Below are positions 24,601 through 33,567 of a stretch of DNA of 36,332 nucleotides, piece by piece; the first letter of the stretch is position 1; each line of letters opens with the position of its first letter. The notes under the pieces are model-generated. The model saw only the letters and a program-made list of their open reading frames with translations. It did no database searches and had not been told where the DNA came from. The DNA comes from Basidiobolus meristosporus CBS 931.73. Taxonomy: Eukaryota > Fungi > Basidiobolomycota. The stretch is taken from contig MCFE01000786.1 in assembly GCA_002104905.1 (NCBI GenBank), forward strand, positions 1 to 36,332. Direction: 5' to 3'. The position numbers and the translations under genes are program-made.

Positions 24601-27515
24601 GGATGAGGCTCGTCACTGGCTACCACAGTCGGATGAGGACAGCACCGAGTATCACTCGAACACATCAAGTACCGATTCAAATGCTGGTGGGTCAATCACC
24701 TTCCCAGTCGTCAGCCGTGGTTGTCGCGTACTACTCGCAGACGACAATGTGGACATGAGAAAGTACATCAAGAGCATCCTGGAGAAATGGTGGAGAGTGA
24801 CCGAGGCAGAGGATGGAGAGCAAGCATACCAGATGGCAATTGCAGACCCACCAGATCTGATTGTGAGTGATGTGATGATGCCTAACCTCGATGGATATGG
24901 TCTGTTGAAGCTACTTCGAACTCAGCCTCTCACCAAATTCGTCCCAGTGATTCTGCTGAGTGCACAAGCTGGTGAAGATTCAAGGGTCGATGGCTTGAGC
25001 TCAGGGGCGGATGACTACCTTGTGAAGCCATTCAGTGCGAAGGAGCTGGTTGCCAGAGTGCATACCCATCTGGAACTCGGGAAGCTGAGGGTTGAACTAG
25101 AGAGGATGGTGAAGGAAAGAACCAAGGAGCTGATTGCCAGTGAAGCCAGATACAAGACTCTCACTAAACTTAGTCCGGTTGGTATATATAGAGCCAATTT
25201 GGAGGTATGTATTATGCCACTACTTCAGTGCAGTAATAGTATGAACATTTATAACTTTATGTTTATAGGGTCACATAACGTATACCAATGACAAGTGGTG
25301 GAGCATCTCGGGCCACGACCGAGAGGCCGATCCAACAGCCTCTAATTTCTTTTCCAGTGTACATTCTGCGGACCGTGAATACGTCGAACGGATGTGGAAC
25401 GAAGCCACTGAAACACAAACAAATTCAACCATTGAGTTCAGATGGAAGTGGGACAATGACGAACCGCACTGGTGTTTTAGTATGTGTTTATATTTGGTTG
25501 CTATATGATATAGGTAACTAATCTGCTCACATAATACTAGGTGAAATGATTGTTGAATATGATAATGAAATGAAGCCATGTGGTTTTGTTGGAGCACTAA
25601 CTGATCTTACCGAACGGAAGTTACTGGAGCAAGAGCGCCTTTCTGCTGTCAGACTTGCCGAACAGCAACAACGGCATCGTGCCGAAGAAGCTGAGGAGAT
25701 GAAGAGGCAGCAGGAGCTGTATATTGATATGACCTGCCATGAGCTGCGCAATCCTCTCAACGGAATCTACCACAGTGCAGACCTGCTGCACGAATCACTG
25801 GAGAAAGTGCAGAAAGAGGTGCGTAAGGAAAGCATCGCGAAAGTGGCCAACTGGCTGGAGAAAGAGATTGAGGATGATCTGGATGTTGTTGATACGATCA
25901 CCCTCTGTGCTCAGCACCAAAAGGTAGGGTTCTATTCTATGGATGAGGATGGCGACGATAGCACCAGAATGAGTACAAGTATGTGAGACCGGAGGTTAAC
26001 ATGATTTCATTTGTATGAATAGAAAATTGCAGATGATGTGCTACACATGTCGAAGATCAACATGAATCTGCTGGTACTGTCGAAGACCAAGCTACGTCCT
26101 GTTGAGGTTGTCACGAATGTGATTCGAATGTTCGAGACCGAGGTGCGTCTGAAGGAGATAGATTTGAAGTTAGTTTTGGCTGAAGGGTACACTCACATGA
26201 AGGTGGACTGGGTGAAGGGGGATCCCACACGGTTCACACAGATATTGTAAGTAGACATATACAGTATCATATGACAAAGGGTTAACGTATTTTACTTTGG
26301 TTTAATCAGAATCAACTTTATGACGAACGCGATTCGGTTCACGGAGAGAGTTCCATTTAGACAAGTGGTTGTCACACTCGATGCATCTGACCGAGTACCG
26401 TCACCAGGTGTTATTGGACCACCGAGTAATGTAGAATTACTCAAATCAAATCAAGTAGACAATTCGAATGCTCGGATACAAGCGAGTCCAGAAAACCATA
26501 GATCATTGGTGCTGGAACCGGATTTGAGTAGTGATGCTCTAGATATTGTCGGCGATGATGAAGCAGCTATCAGATCCGATGTCGTCTACATCGCAGTGGC
26601 TATTAAGGATAGTGGCGTTGGAATGACCACTGAAGAGCAGGCAAACCTCTTTCAACGGTTTGCCCAAGCAAATCCACGAACATATGCCGAATTTGGTGGA
26701 AGTGGATTGGGACTGTTCATCAGCAAGCGATTGGTCGAGCTTCATGATGGGGATATTACAGTGAGCTCCAAGAAGGGAGATGGCACAACATTCACCTTCT
26801 ATATCAAGTGCGAAAGAGTATACGAAGTCACCGGCAACTCTGCTAACAATGACCGTTCCGATTGCTATGATATAGGTGACATGAAACCATCAAGAACTAT
26901 CGAAAACATTTGCGCTGAAGCTTCTTTGGTTCGTTCTATTGAATCATGTAAACAATCCAACAAGGTCAAAGCCGCTGAGCTCAAGTCTCGCAAACTCAAG
27001 AAAAAAGTAACTGCTAGCAATATAGCGATCAAGCCGGATGCCGCCCCCAATTCCACTCTCAATGCACAGAGTAACGCATACCGTGTACTTGTGGTAGAGG
27101 ATAATCTTATCAATCAACGTGTACTTAAGCGCCAATTACAGTTGGAAGGTTATTGCGTGGGCGTAGCAAAGCACGGAGCTGAGGCACTAGAAGTGCTTAA
27201 GAAAGATAGCTACCACTTAATTCTGATGGTTCGTGCGAATTGAAAATGAAAGGTTGCGCAGTGCACTAACATTGGTCTCTTTTTTAGGACCTTGAAATGC
27301 CCGTAATGGGTGGCCTGGAATGTACCCGTCGGATTCGTGATATTGAAAAAACTAACAATGTACAGCAGATTCCAATTATTGGAGTTTCCGGCAATGCTAG
27401 GGATGAATACAGGCGTTTAGCAATAGACTCTGGAATGTCTGATTATATCATTAAGCCATATGAAAAGCAAGAACTAATTAACCTAGTTGCTAATAGTATT
27501 CAAATGAGTAAATAA
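21664..27515 (+). CDS. Dual hybrid histidine kinase, copy 4 (~1670 aa, 11 exons: 21664-22248, 22329-22510, 22612-22807, 22921-23832, 23942-24378, 24469-25204, 25269-25479, 25541-25923, 26023-26246, 26310-27228, 27288-27515)
   Basis: Same catalytic motifs; exons sum to 5013 nt in frame; the 3' third is more divergent and has a shorter linker. Confidence 0.92.
22858..22889. repeat. Intronic compound microsatellite (GA)7(GT)9 in HK copy 4
   Basis: Read directly; same intron position as the copy 3 repeat, preceded by a G7 run. Confidence 0.95.
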
Positions 27516-27720
27516 TGATCACTCCGGTGTATATACACATTTATTATGCAACAATCCAACGCCACTTACAGTTGGTTGGAGGGGTGAAGGTTATGAAGCG
27601 ACTCTTGGCCAGAAGTCTTGATTGGTGACACATGTATCACGAAGGCTTAGTCGCATGAAATATGGTGCCAAAATATAGGCTTATCTTGAAAGAAGAATAA
27701 AGATTATTACGGTATACAGC

Positions 27721-27727
27721 TATAAAA
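27721..27727 (+). promoter_or_regulatory. Putative TATA box (TATAAAA) of the Cys-rich pseudogene
   Basis: Consensus TATA 42 nt upstream of ATG 27763. Confidence 0.45.
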
Positions 27728-27762
27728 GCCATTTACGAATAACTCAACATTAATCAACTAAC

Positions 27763-28263
27763 ATGCACATCTCCAGAATTCTTTTTGGAGCCATCATTGC
27801 TTCTTCGGGCTCCGTCTCGGGTGCTCCAACAGCTCCTTGTAACAAGGATAGTGGCGCAACCTATTATTGCGAAGGTGCAAACTTCTACGTTTGCGAAACA
27901 TCCTCCAGTGGCTGGTTGCTACGAAATATCTGCTGAGGAAATTGCTGCGGCTCATCTGCCGATGGTGCACACTGTCGAAACTGCAGTAGGCAGCCTACCA
28001 ATACCCTGCCAACCGCCACAAAGTCCACTTCAAAACCAAACACCACAAAGGCCGCCTCCAAACCAAGTGTTACAAAATTCTCTACTACCTCTAGCCCAAC
28101 TCAATTGTTACCCCAGGAGCAAACTGCTTGGCCAATTGCAGATATAGTTGCACTGGGTCGAACTTACAAGGTTTGCAAGGATGGGCAATGGGCGGTGCAA
28201 AATAATTGTGGAAGAAATTTCTGCGATGTGTTCCAATATGCGTAGTATTGTTATAATTGCTAG
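27763..28263 (+). pseudogene. Pseudogene of a small secreted protein with two Cys-rich domains (CBM19/chitin-binding-like pattern) joined by a Ser/Thr/Pro/Lys linker
   Basis: Not called in the ORF track. Signal-like MHISRILFGAIIASSGSVSGAP; domain 1 C..YYCEGANFYVC...W....C*GNCC......HCRNC; domain 2 C..YSCTGSN/KVC..GQW....CGRNFC.....A*YCYNC. In-frame stops TGA 27934-27936 and TAG 28243-28245, plus an apparent -1/+1 frameshift pair near 28100 and 28165. The family assignment is by Cys/Trp pattern only. Confidence 0.7.
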
Positions 28264-28719
28264 ATTGTCAGGCGCGCATTGATGACATTTTACACATTAT
28301 GGTTAGTAAATAAAACCATTACTTTCAACAGAAAAAATGGAAGTAACTGTGACCATATGGCAAGATTGGAACTGATTCTTGGTACCTGCATGGGTTTCAT
28401 GAATGTTGTTGATGGTAGTTATTCATATATTGAGGGCTTTGAGATAGCGATCTACATGAAACGGGAGTAATATTCGGGCCCTACAACAGTAACATCGGCA
28501 TTCATTATACTCGGAGTTGTGAGTGGCAAATACATTGAGTTCCTTACTGCAGCTCACTAGCAGCATCAAATCGATGATCAAATGGTGCACGTAATCAATC
28601 AAATGAGTGGATATTGTTTATTTGGGATATCGTGAACCAACCCTATGGATGGATTAGTAGCAAAATCGGGTTTGTTGCTCAGATTTGTCGCAGATGTTCA
28701 TTAGATGCAATTTTGTATA

Positions 28720-30777
28720 TTAATATTTTGTATTGTTGGTCCACTTGTTCATCCAGTTGACTGCTTCATTGTACCAGCGGATGGAGTTTCCAGGGCGGAG
28801 GATCCAGTGGTTTTCGTCAGGGAAGTAGACCAAACGTGCAGGCACCCCCTGTCTTCTCAAAGCGGTGAATGTGCCAAACGCCTCACCGTCAACAAGACGA
28901 TAATCCCTTTGGCCATGGAAAATCAACATCGGGGTCTTCCACTTGGTGACGTAGTTGGATGGGGAGAATTGCTTGTAAAGTTTGCCAGCCTTCTTCTCGT
29001 ATGGGGCGCCTCCGAACTCGTACTCGGGGAACCAGAGCTCCTCAGTAGTGTAGTAGGTGGATTCGGTGGAGAAAATGCCATCATGGTTGATCAAGCACTT
29101 GAAGCGATCGGTTTGTCCGTTGATCCAGTTGACCATATATCCTCCGAAACTGCCACCCAGGGCACAAACACGGTTGCCATCGGCATAGGAGTATTGCTTC
29201 AAGACGTGATCCAAGCCTTTCATGAGATCCTGGTATGGACGTGTACCCCAGTGTTTGCTAATCTCATTGGTGAATTTCTGGCCGTAACCGGTGGAACCGC
29301 GAGGGTTGATAGCAACAGTGACGTAGCCAGCATTAGTGTAGATGGCGGCATTCCAGCCAGAGCCCCAACTATCCAACCAGGCTTGCTGTGGGCCACCGTG
29401 GATCATAAATGCGACAGGATACTTCTTCTTGGGGTCAAAGTTGATGGGCTTGAGAATGAATCCATGTACACGAGCTCCTTCAGCACCCTTGAACCAGAAT
29501 TCTTCTGGTTTAGTGAGCTCAAAGTCCTTTATCTTGGCGGCGTGGATGTTGGTACGTTGCTTCAATTGAGTTCCGTCGGTCTTGATGGTGAAGTACTCGG
29601 TAGGATGGTCGAGTGAACTCCGAGTCAGAAGCAAGGTATTCTTGTCTACCTGGGAGATGGCGCCAACACGATGCTTGTGAGTGATGGGCTTGATGTGGCC
29701 AGTGCGGACATCAGCATTGAATATTTTGACGTGGCCTTTGTCCTCAGTAGGAAGGAAGATGGTCTTAGAATCAGATGACCAGATCAAGCTGTTGGGACTG
29801 CGGTCCCAGTTTTCGTTGAGGTAGCGATCCTTCTTGGTTTTCCGGTCATGGAGGATAATTTTCTTACGATCAGCTTCAAATGCACGTGTCTCCATTTGAG
29901 ACCAGGCCAAGGTCTTGCCATCCGAAGAGTAAGCAGGAGTAAATGTAGAGCCAAGGTTCTTGTCGGTCAATGATTTTGGAGGTTTGCTACCATCAGTAGG
30001 GACCACATAAACGTTGATGTCAGTCTCCCAGGCCTCATCTCTGCCTGGCCTCTTGGAGAGGAAAGCAATTTCCTTGCCATCGGGAGAAATGTCATAGTCA
30101 CTAGAATCCCCAAATGGATCGGTAGGAGACTCCAACTTGCCACCAGGCATGACATTGATGGCTTTACTAACAGTGTATTTCTCCCCATTCTTTTGGATCT
30201 TGGTGGTGAAAATATTTTGCTTCTTGACAGACGTCCAGTGATCCCAATGTCTAAATAGGAGCTCTTCGTAGACCATAGCAGAGTCGGTACGCTTCTCATT
30301 GGCCGCATCAAGTTCTACAGCTTTTTCCATACTGCCATCAGGGTAGACAGAGGTACTGAAGGCTAGCAACTTGGCTTTGGTGTTGTACTTGACATTACCT
30401 ATGTCACGAGTGAAGTTGGTCACTTGCACCGGCTGGGCCCCAGGCTTGATGTTGATTGCCCATAGCTGGGATGTTTCGGTGCGTGAAGAAACGAATCCAA
30501 CAGTAGCGGAGTCTAGCCAAAGAGGTTCGCTATCACCAAACTTACTGGGGTTGGTTAGTGCAGTGATACGGTCATTTTTGAGGTTAAGTAGCCACAAGTT
30601 TCCTGTGCTCTTGTTCTCTACGGAAGAGTAATTTGATTTAGTGAAAACCGCCCATTGACCATCTGGTGACGCAACAGGAGCTCCAGGCTTATCCAAAGTA
30701 GCCAAATCGGTTGAGGTGAGTGGGCGGAGGGCTGCGACTACTGACACCGCAAACAAGGTCAGTAAGTATTGCTTCAT
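28720..30777 (-). CDS. DPP5: Secreted S9-family serine peptidase, dipeptidyl-peptidase V-like, 685 aa, intronless
   Basis: Signal peptide MKQYLLTLFAVSVVAA (ATG 30777; the ORF-track start at 30855 is likely too far upstream). N-terminal propeller repeats SPDG/SSDG; IHGGPQ; nucleophile GGSFGG; Asp in GQRDYRL; His in DENHWI. Confidence 0.9.
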   Translation of the reverse strand: MKQYLLTLFAVSVVAALRPLTSTDLATLDKPGAPVASPDGQWAVFTKSNYSSVENKSTGNLWLLNLKNDRITALTNPSKFGDSEPLWLDSATVGFVSSRTETSQLWAINIKPGAQPVQVTNFTRDIGNVKYNTKAKLLAFSTSVYPDGSMEKAVELDAANEKRTDSAMVYEELLFRHWDHWTSVKKQNIFTTKIQKNGEKYTVSKAINVMPGGKLESPTDPFGDSSDYDISPDGKEIAFLSKRPGRDEAWETDINVYVVPTDGSKPPKSLTDKNLGSTFTPAYSSDGKTLAWSQMETRAFEADRKKIILHDRKTKKDRYLNENWDRSPNSLIWSSDSKTIFLPTEDKGHVKIFNADVRTGHIKPITHKHRVGAISQVDKNTLLLTRSSLDHPTEYFTIKTDGTQLKQRTNIHAAKIKDFELTKPEEFWFKGAEGARVHGFILKPINFDPKKKYPVAFMIHGGPQQAWLDSWGSGWNAAIYTNAGYVTVAINPRGSTGYGQKFTNEISKHWGTRPYQDLMKGLDHVLKQYSYADGNRVCALGGSFGGYMVNWINGQTDRFKCLINHDGIFSTESTYYTTEELWFPEYEFGGAPYEKKAGKLYKQFSPSNYVTKWKTPMLIFHGQRDYRLVDGEAFGTFTALRRQGVPARLVYFPDENHWILRPGNSIRWYNEAVNWMNKWTNNTKY

Positions 30778-30823
30778 GATGTGGATAAACAAGAATGCAA
30801 TATGCTGACATGGGGAACGTGCG

Positions 30824-30830
30824 TTATATA
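30824..30830 (-). promoter_or_regulatory. Putative TATA box (TATATAA) of the peptidase gene
   Basis: Lies ~47 nt upstream of ATG 30777, inside the spurious 5' ORF extension, which supports the shorter start. Confidence 0.5.
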
Positions 30831-32045
30831 GCAGTTCGTCTGAGCAAAACAGCATACTTTGCAGTGATGATTGGGTTAAGCTAGCAGTTTTCCCATGGTA
30901 TACTACATGTGTACTGGGATTTTACAATGCGTGGCACGAACATCATCAGTGTGTGGGAGAAATCGATACTTGATATGTAAGAATGGGCGTGGATCTGGTA
31001 AACTTGAATTAGCCCAGGACTGAAACAGGGATCAGAGTTCCATACCAATCATGACTAATACTAGCTGTTGAGGTAGCAAGCAGTAACATCAATGAAGTGC
31101 CAACTGTTAGAATAGTTCAGTATCAAGAGTATGGCTGGCCCTTAATGTCGAAATAGTTGCATGTCAGTATCGAGAATGTCTGGTTAGTTGTTGTGCTTTC
31201 GCTGTTGTGATCCCTGTCCTTGCCAAGTCATAGCGGTAGTCATGTTATTTGTGGTGGCTTCCGGATTTTCTAGTCATGGTACCAGATTAGGATGTAGAGG
31301 GTGCATTTTGTCTCATCGACAACCTCATAACCGTAACTGAAAGAATGTGGTTGATTGATCGCGGAAAGGGCTAAAGAGGACATGTGAGAACATTTGCTTA
31401 GGGCTTCTGAATTCGGATTTGTCACATGACGCAGACAACTGGATCTCCGGATTTTGCGGGTATTTGGACAGGGAACAAAACTCAACTGGTGTAAATGCAT
31501 TACAATATCCAACATCAAAAATGTGGTGCAACTCTGAATAACGTGATATTCCACAAGATGATGTTTAGAATTAGATACTACACCGGGGCACTAGCCCAAG
31601 TGGAGACTGAAATTCCAACATATGGAATCTGAAGCCTTAAGTTCCAGGAATCAAACAGATGATATCAAAATGCGTAAGTGTGTCAATACCTGTATTTGTA
31701 GGTTTATCGATAGGCGGGTAGTGAAACTCATCTAGAGCTCAAACCCACTTGATAAAGGTTATTGCAGATAGGCTGCCTACAACTTAATATCGCACAATAA
31801 CAATCACAATATATGTATCTCCCACACAACACAATGTATATGAGTATCTGACTGTAGCTATTGCTTTCATCAAACTATGGCTGACTGTAATAAACTACTG
31901 ACTTCCTACCCAAGACGTTGCCATGAGAGTTTTTGAGATGCCAGAAGTAACTGGGAGAACAAGATGATTATGTGGTATTCACTTGATAATTTTTTGTATA
32001 TCAAAGTGCTTTTATACTTCTAAATGGCCTTGGCTGAACTAACAC

Positions 32046-32057
32046 TTAGGGTTAGGG
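32046..32057 (+). repeat. Interstitial telomeric relic (TTAGGG)2
   Basis: Exact telomere units at the inner edge of the CpG-poor terminal block. Confidence 0.75.
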
Positions 32058-32474
32058 TGCTGGTGCTTTACTGGGAAATTTGCACATAAAGTGCAATCTT
32101 GAAATATGGCAAAGCCATATGAGTACAGCAACTAATATAAGAAGGGGGCATGATAATCACAGTTGTATCCAAGAGAAAAGTGTAATAAAACAGTTCAATA
32201 GTGTAACTGAACCAAGGGGACAATTAAGTGCAGAATTTTAGAATTGTCAGATAGCAGTGGAAATATTAGCAGAAAGAATTTGGGTCTAATATTGGCTTTA
32301 GATATAGCTAGGTTTGGTTATAGAGGTAACAGAGATGGTTTGCTATGCATGCTAGGCTTGGTGTTCTTGGAAGTACTAGATATGCTAGGCTTGGGTAGTA
32401 AGTAAGCAAGAAAAATAAAATCTGTTTCATCAATCAGCAGATGTCTTGGTAGTTGCTGAGTGGATGGATAGATC

Positions 32475-32513
32475 TTAGGGTTGGGGGAGGAAAGTCACCA
32501 AGTGGTGAAATCT
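32475..32513 (-). mobile_element. Isolated ~40-bp retroelement 3'-end module (stem-loop) joined to TTAGGG
   Basis: TTAGGG TTGGGG GAGGAAAG-TCACC-AAGT-GGTGA-AATCT, the same module as the element termini. Confidence 0.6.
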
Positions 32514-32515
32514 GA

Positions 32516-33081
32516 GGGGGGGGAGACAGTCACCAACAGGTGAAATCTTTATTTCAGTTGAAACAAAGAAGCCAGCACTACAATTGTAGCTTTGGTACAA
32601 GAGTGTGTAGCTGAGGGGAATTTGTAGGTAAGTGAATAAAAAGAGATGATAGTTCTACTGTACTCAAGACACTGTTCAGTGGCAAGGGGGCAGCAAGAGA
32701 GGTAAGAATGATTTGTGAACAACATTGATAAAGGGAATGTGATTTGGATTGACACTCATCATAAAGGGAGTGTGTTGCATCAGTTACTACTGCCCAAGGT
32801 CTGTCAAGTACGTCAGGTAGGCCAGCTTGAGTTTTTCTGACTGCAGAATATAAGGAGCAAACTTCTTGACTTCAGGATCTCCAAGTATAGTTCTCCAGCA
32901 GGTGCCAGGTGTAGTGTGGTGTGTTCTCTTCCAGGCCTTGATTAGTGGGCTATTGCAGTGGTGAAGTCTGAGATATAACCTGGTTCTAAGATAGAGAAGT
33001 CTGATCATATAGGGCATAAACCCAAAAGCATCAAGAATAGCATGTCTGTAGGGGCATTCAGGCAGATGAGGCACCAAGGAG
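32516..33081 (-). mobile_element. Older, 5'-truncated (~570 bp) copy of the telomeric non-LTR element
   Basis: Collinear with 33565-34129 at roughly 85-90% identity by eye. It encodes the same C-terminus (VPHLPECPYRHAIL...WRTILGDPEVKKF) with the stop at the homologous site (32578-32580), but has premature stops at 32784-32789. The 5' break is followed by degenerate TTAGGG-like units (33091-33123). Confidence 0.85.
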
Positions 33082-33116
33082 CTCTATGAAAGGGCTAGGG
33101 TCATGTTAGGGCTATG

Positions 33117-33515
33117 TTAGGGGAGGAAAGTCACCAAATGGTGAAATCTTCATTTACTTACAACAAGTATCTAAAGAAGCCAAGTTAATCTGAAGTAATT
33201 CCAAGAAAGCTAGGTCTGGGAGATATCATCCTGGTAAGCCAGGTCTGAGAGTTGAGGAGTTGAGTGGTACTGTATTTCCTAGTCAGCTAGGTCTGAGAGA
33301 GGTTTCCTGGAAAGCCAGGCCTGAGAAGTGAGAATCTGAGTATATCTGAGGTAAGTTGTACTGGTTTGCGGTAGCTGAATTGTGGCCGTAATGGCCAGTA
33401 GACTAGGGGGACTGAGGGTAATTTCTGGGCAATCACTGGCCAAATTTACTAGGCAAATCTGGCCAATTAGCATTTCAAGGATTTCAGCCGATCAGAGCCT
33501 TTACTTTGCCTGGTG
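33117..33515 (-). mobile_element. Unassigned ~400-bp segment ending in the element's 3' stem-loop but with an unrelated body; candidate non-autonomous partner
   Basis: TTAGGGG-AGGAAAG-TCACC-AAAT-GGTGA-AATCT at 33117-33149, then sequence not alignable to the RT element, with four 15-bp repeats. Confidence 0.45.
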
Positions 33516-33516
33516 T

Positions 33517-33567
33517 TTAGGTGAGGGAAAGTCACCAAGTTGGTGAAATCTTTATTTAGGGTTAGGG
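33517..33567 (-). mobile_element. Second isolated 3'-end module plus (TTAGGG)2
   Basis: GAGGGAAAG-TCACC-AAGTT-GGTGA-AATCTTTAT, then TTAGGGTTAGGG at 33556-33567. Confidence 0.6.

Larger units (their letters stand above)
303..27515 (+). repeat. Tandem gene array, four units, start-to-start spacing 7192/7048/7121 bp
   Basis: Four collinear gene models with matching intron positions and mostly identical exon sizes (182, 196, 211, 383, 224 nt in all four). Confidence 0.95.

Noticed and set aside
1155-27135. Recurrent minus-strand ORFs over the HK genes (e.g. 2519-2950, 4800-5324, 9726-10235, 12160-12696)
   Set aside because: Antisense shadows of coding exons. They recur only because the sense DNA is duplicated and show no recognisable motifs.
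303-27515. Many separate plus-strand ORFs per unit suggesting bacterial operons or frameshifted pseudogenes
   Set aside because: They are exons; canonical splicing joins them into four uninterrupted frames.
27934-27936. In-frame TGA next to Cys as possible selenocysteine or readthrough
   Set aside because: It aligns with Gly (GGA) in the second domain, and the gene also has a premature TAG and frameshifts; ordinary decay explains it.
27785-28147. 120-aa ORF in the track
   Set aside because: Off-frame overlap of the Cys-rich pseudogene, which has the signal peptide, TATA and internal domain duplication.
28705-29616. 303-aa plus-strand ORF
   Set aside because: Antisense shadow of the peptidase, expected from its biased codon usage; no motifs.
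30900-31900. Short ORFs 31270-31554 and 31325-31531
   Set aside because: No recognisable motifs, signal or splice structure; left as intergenic.
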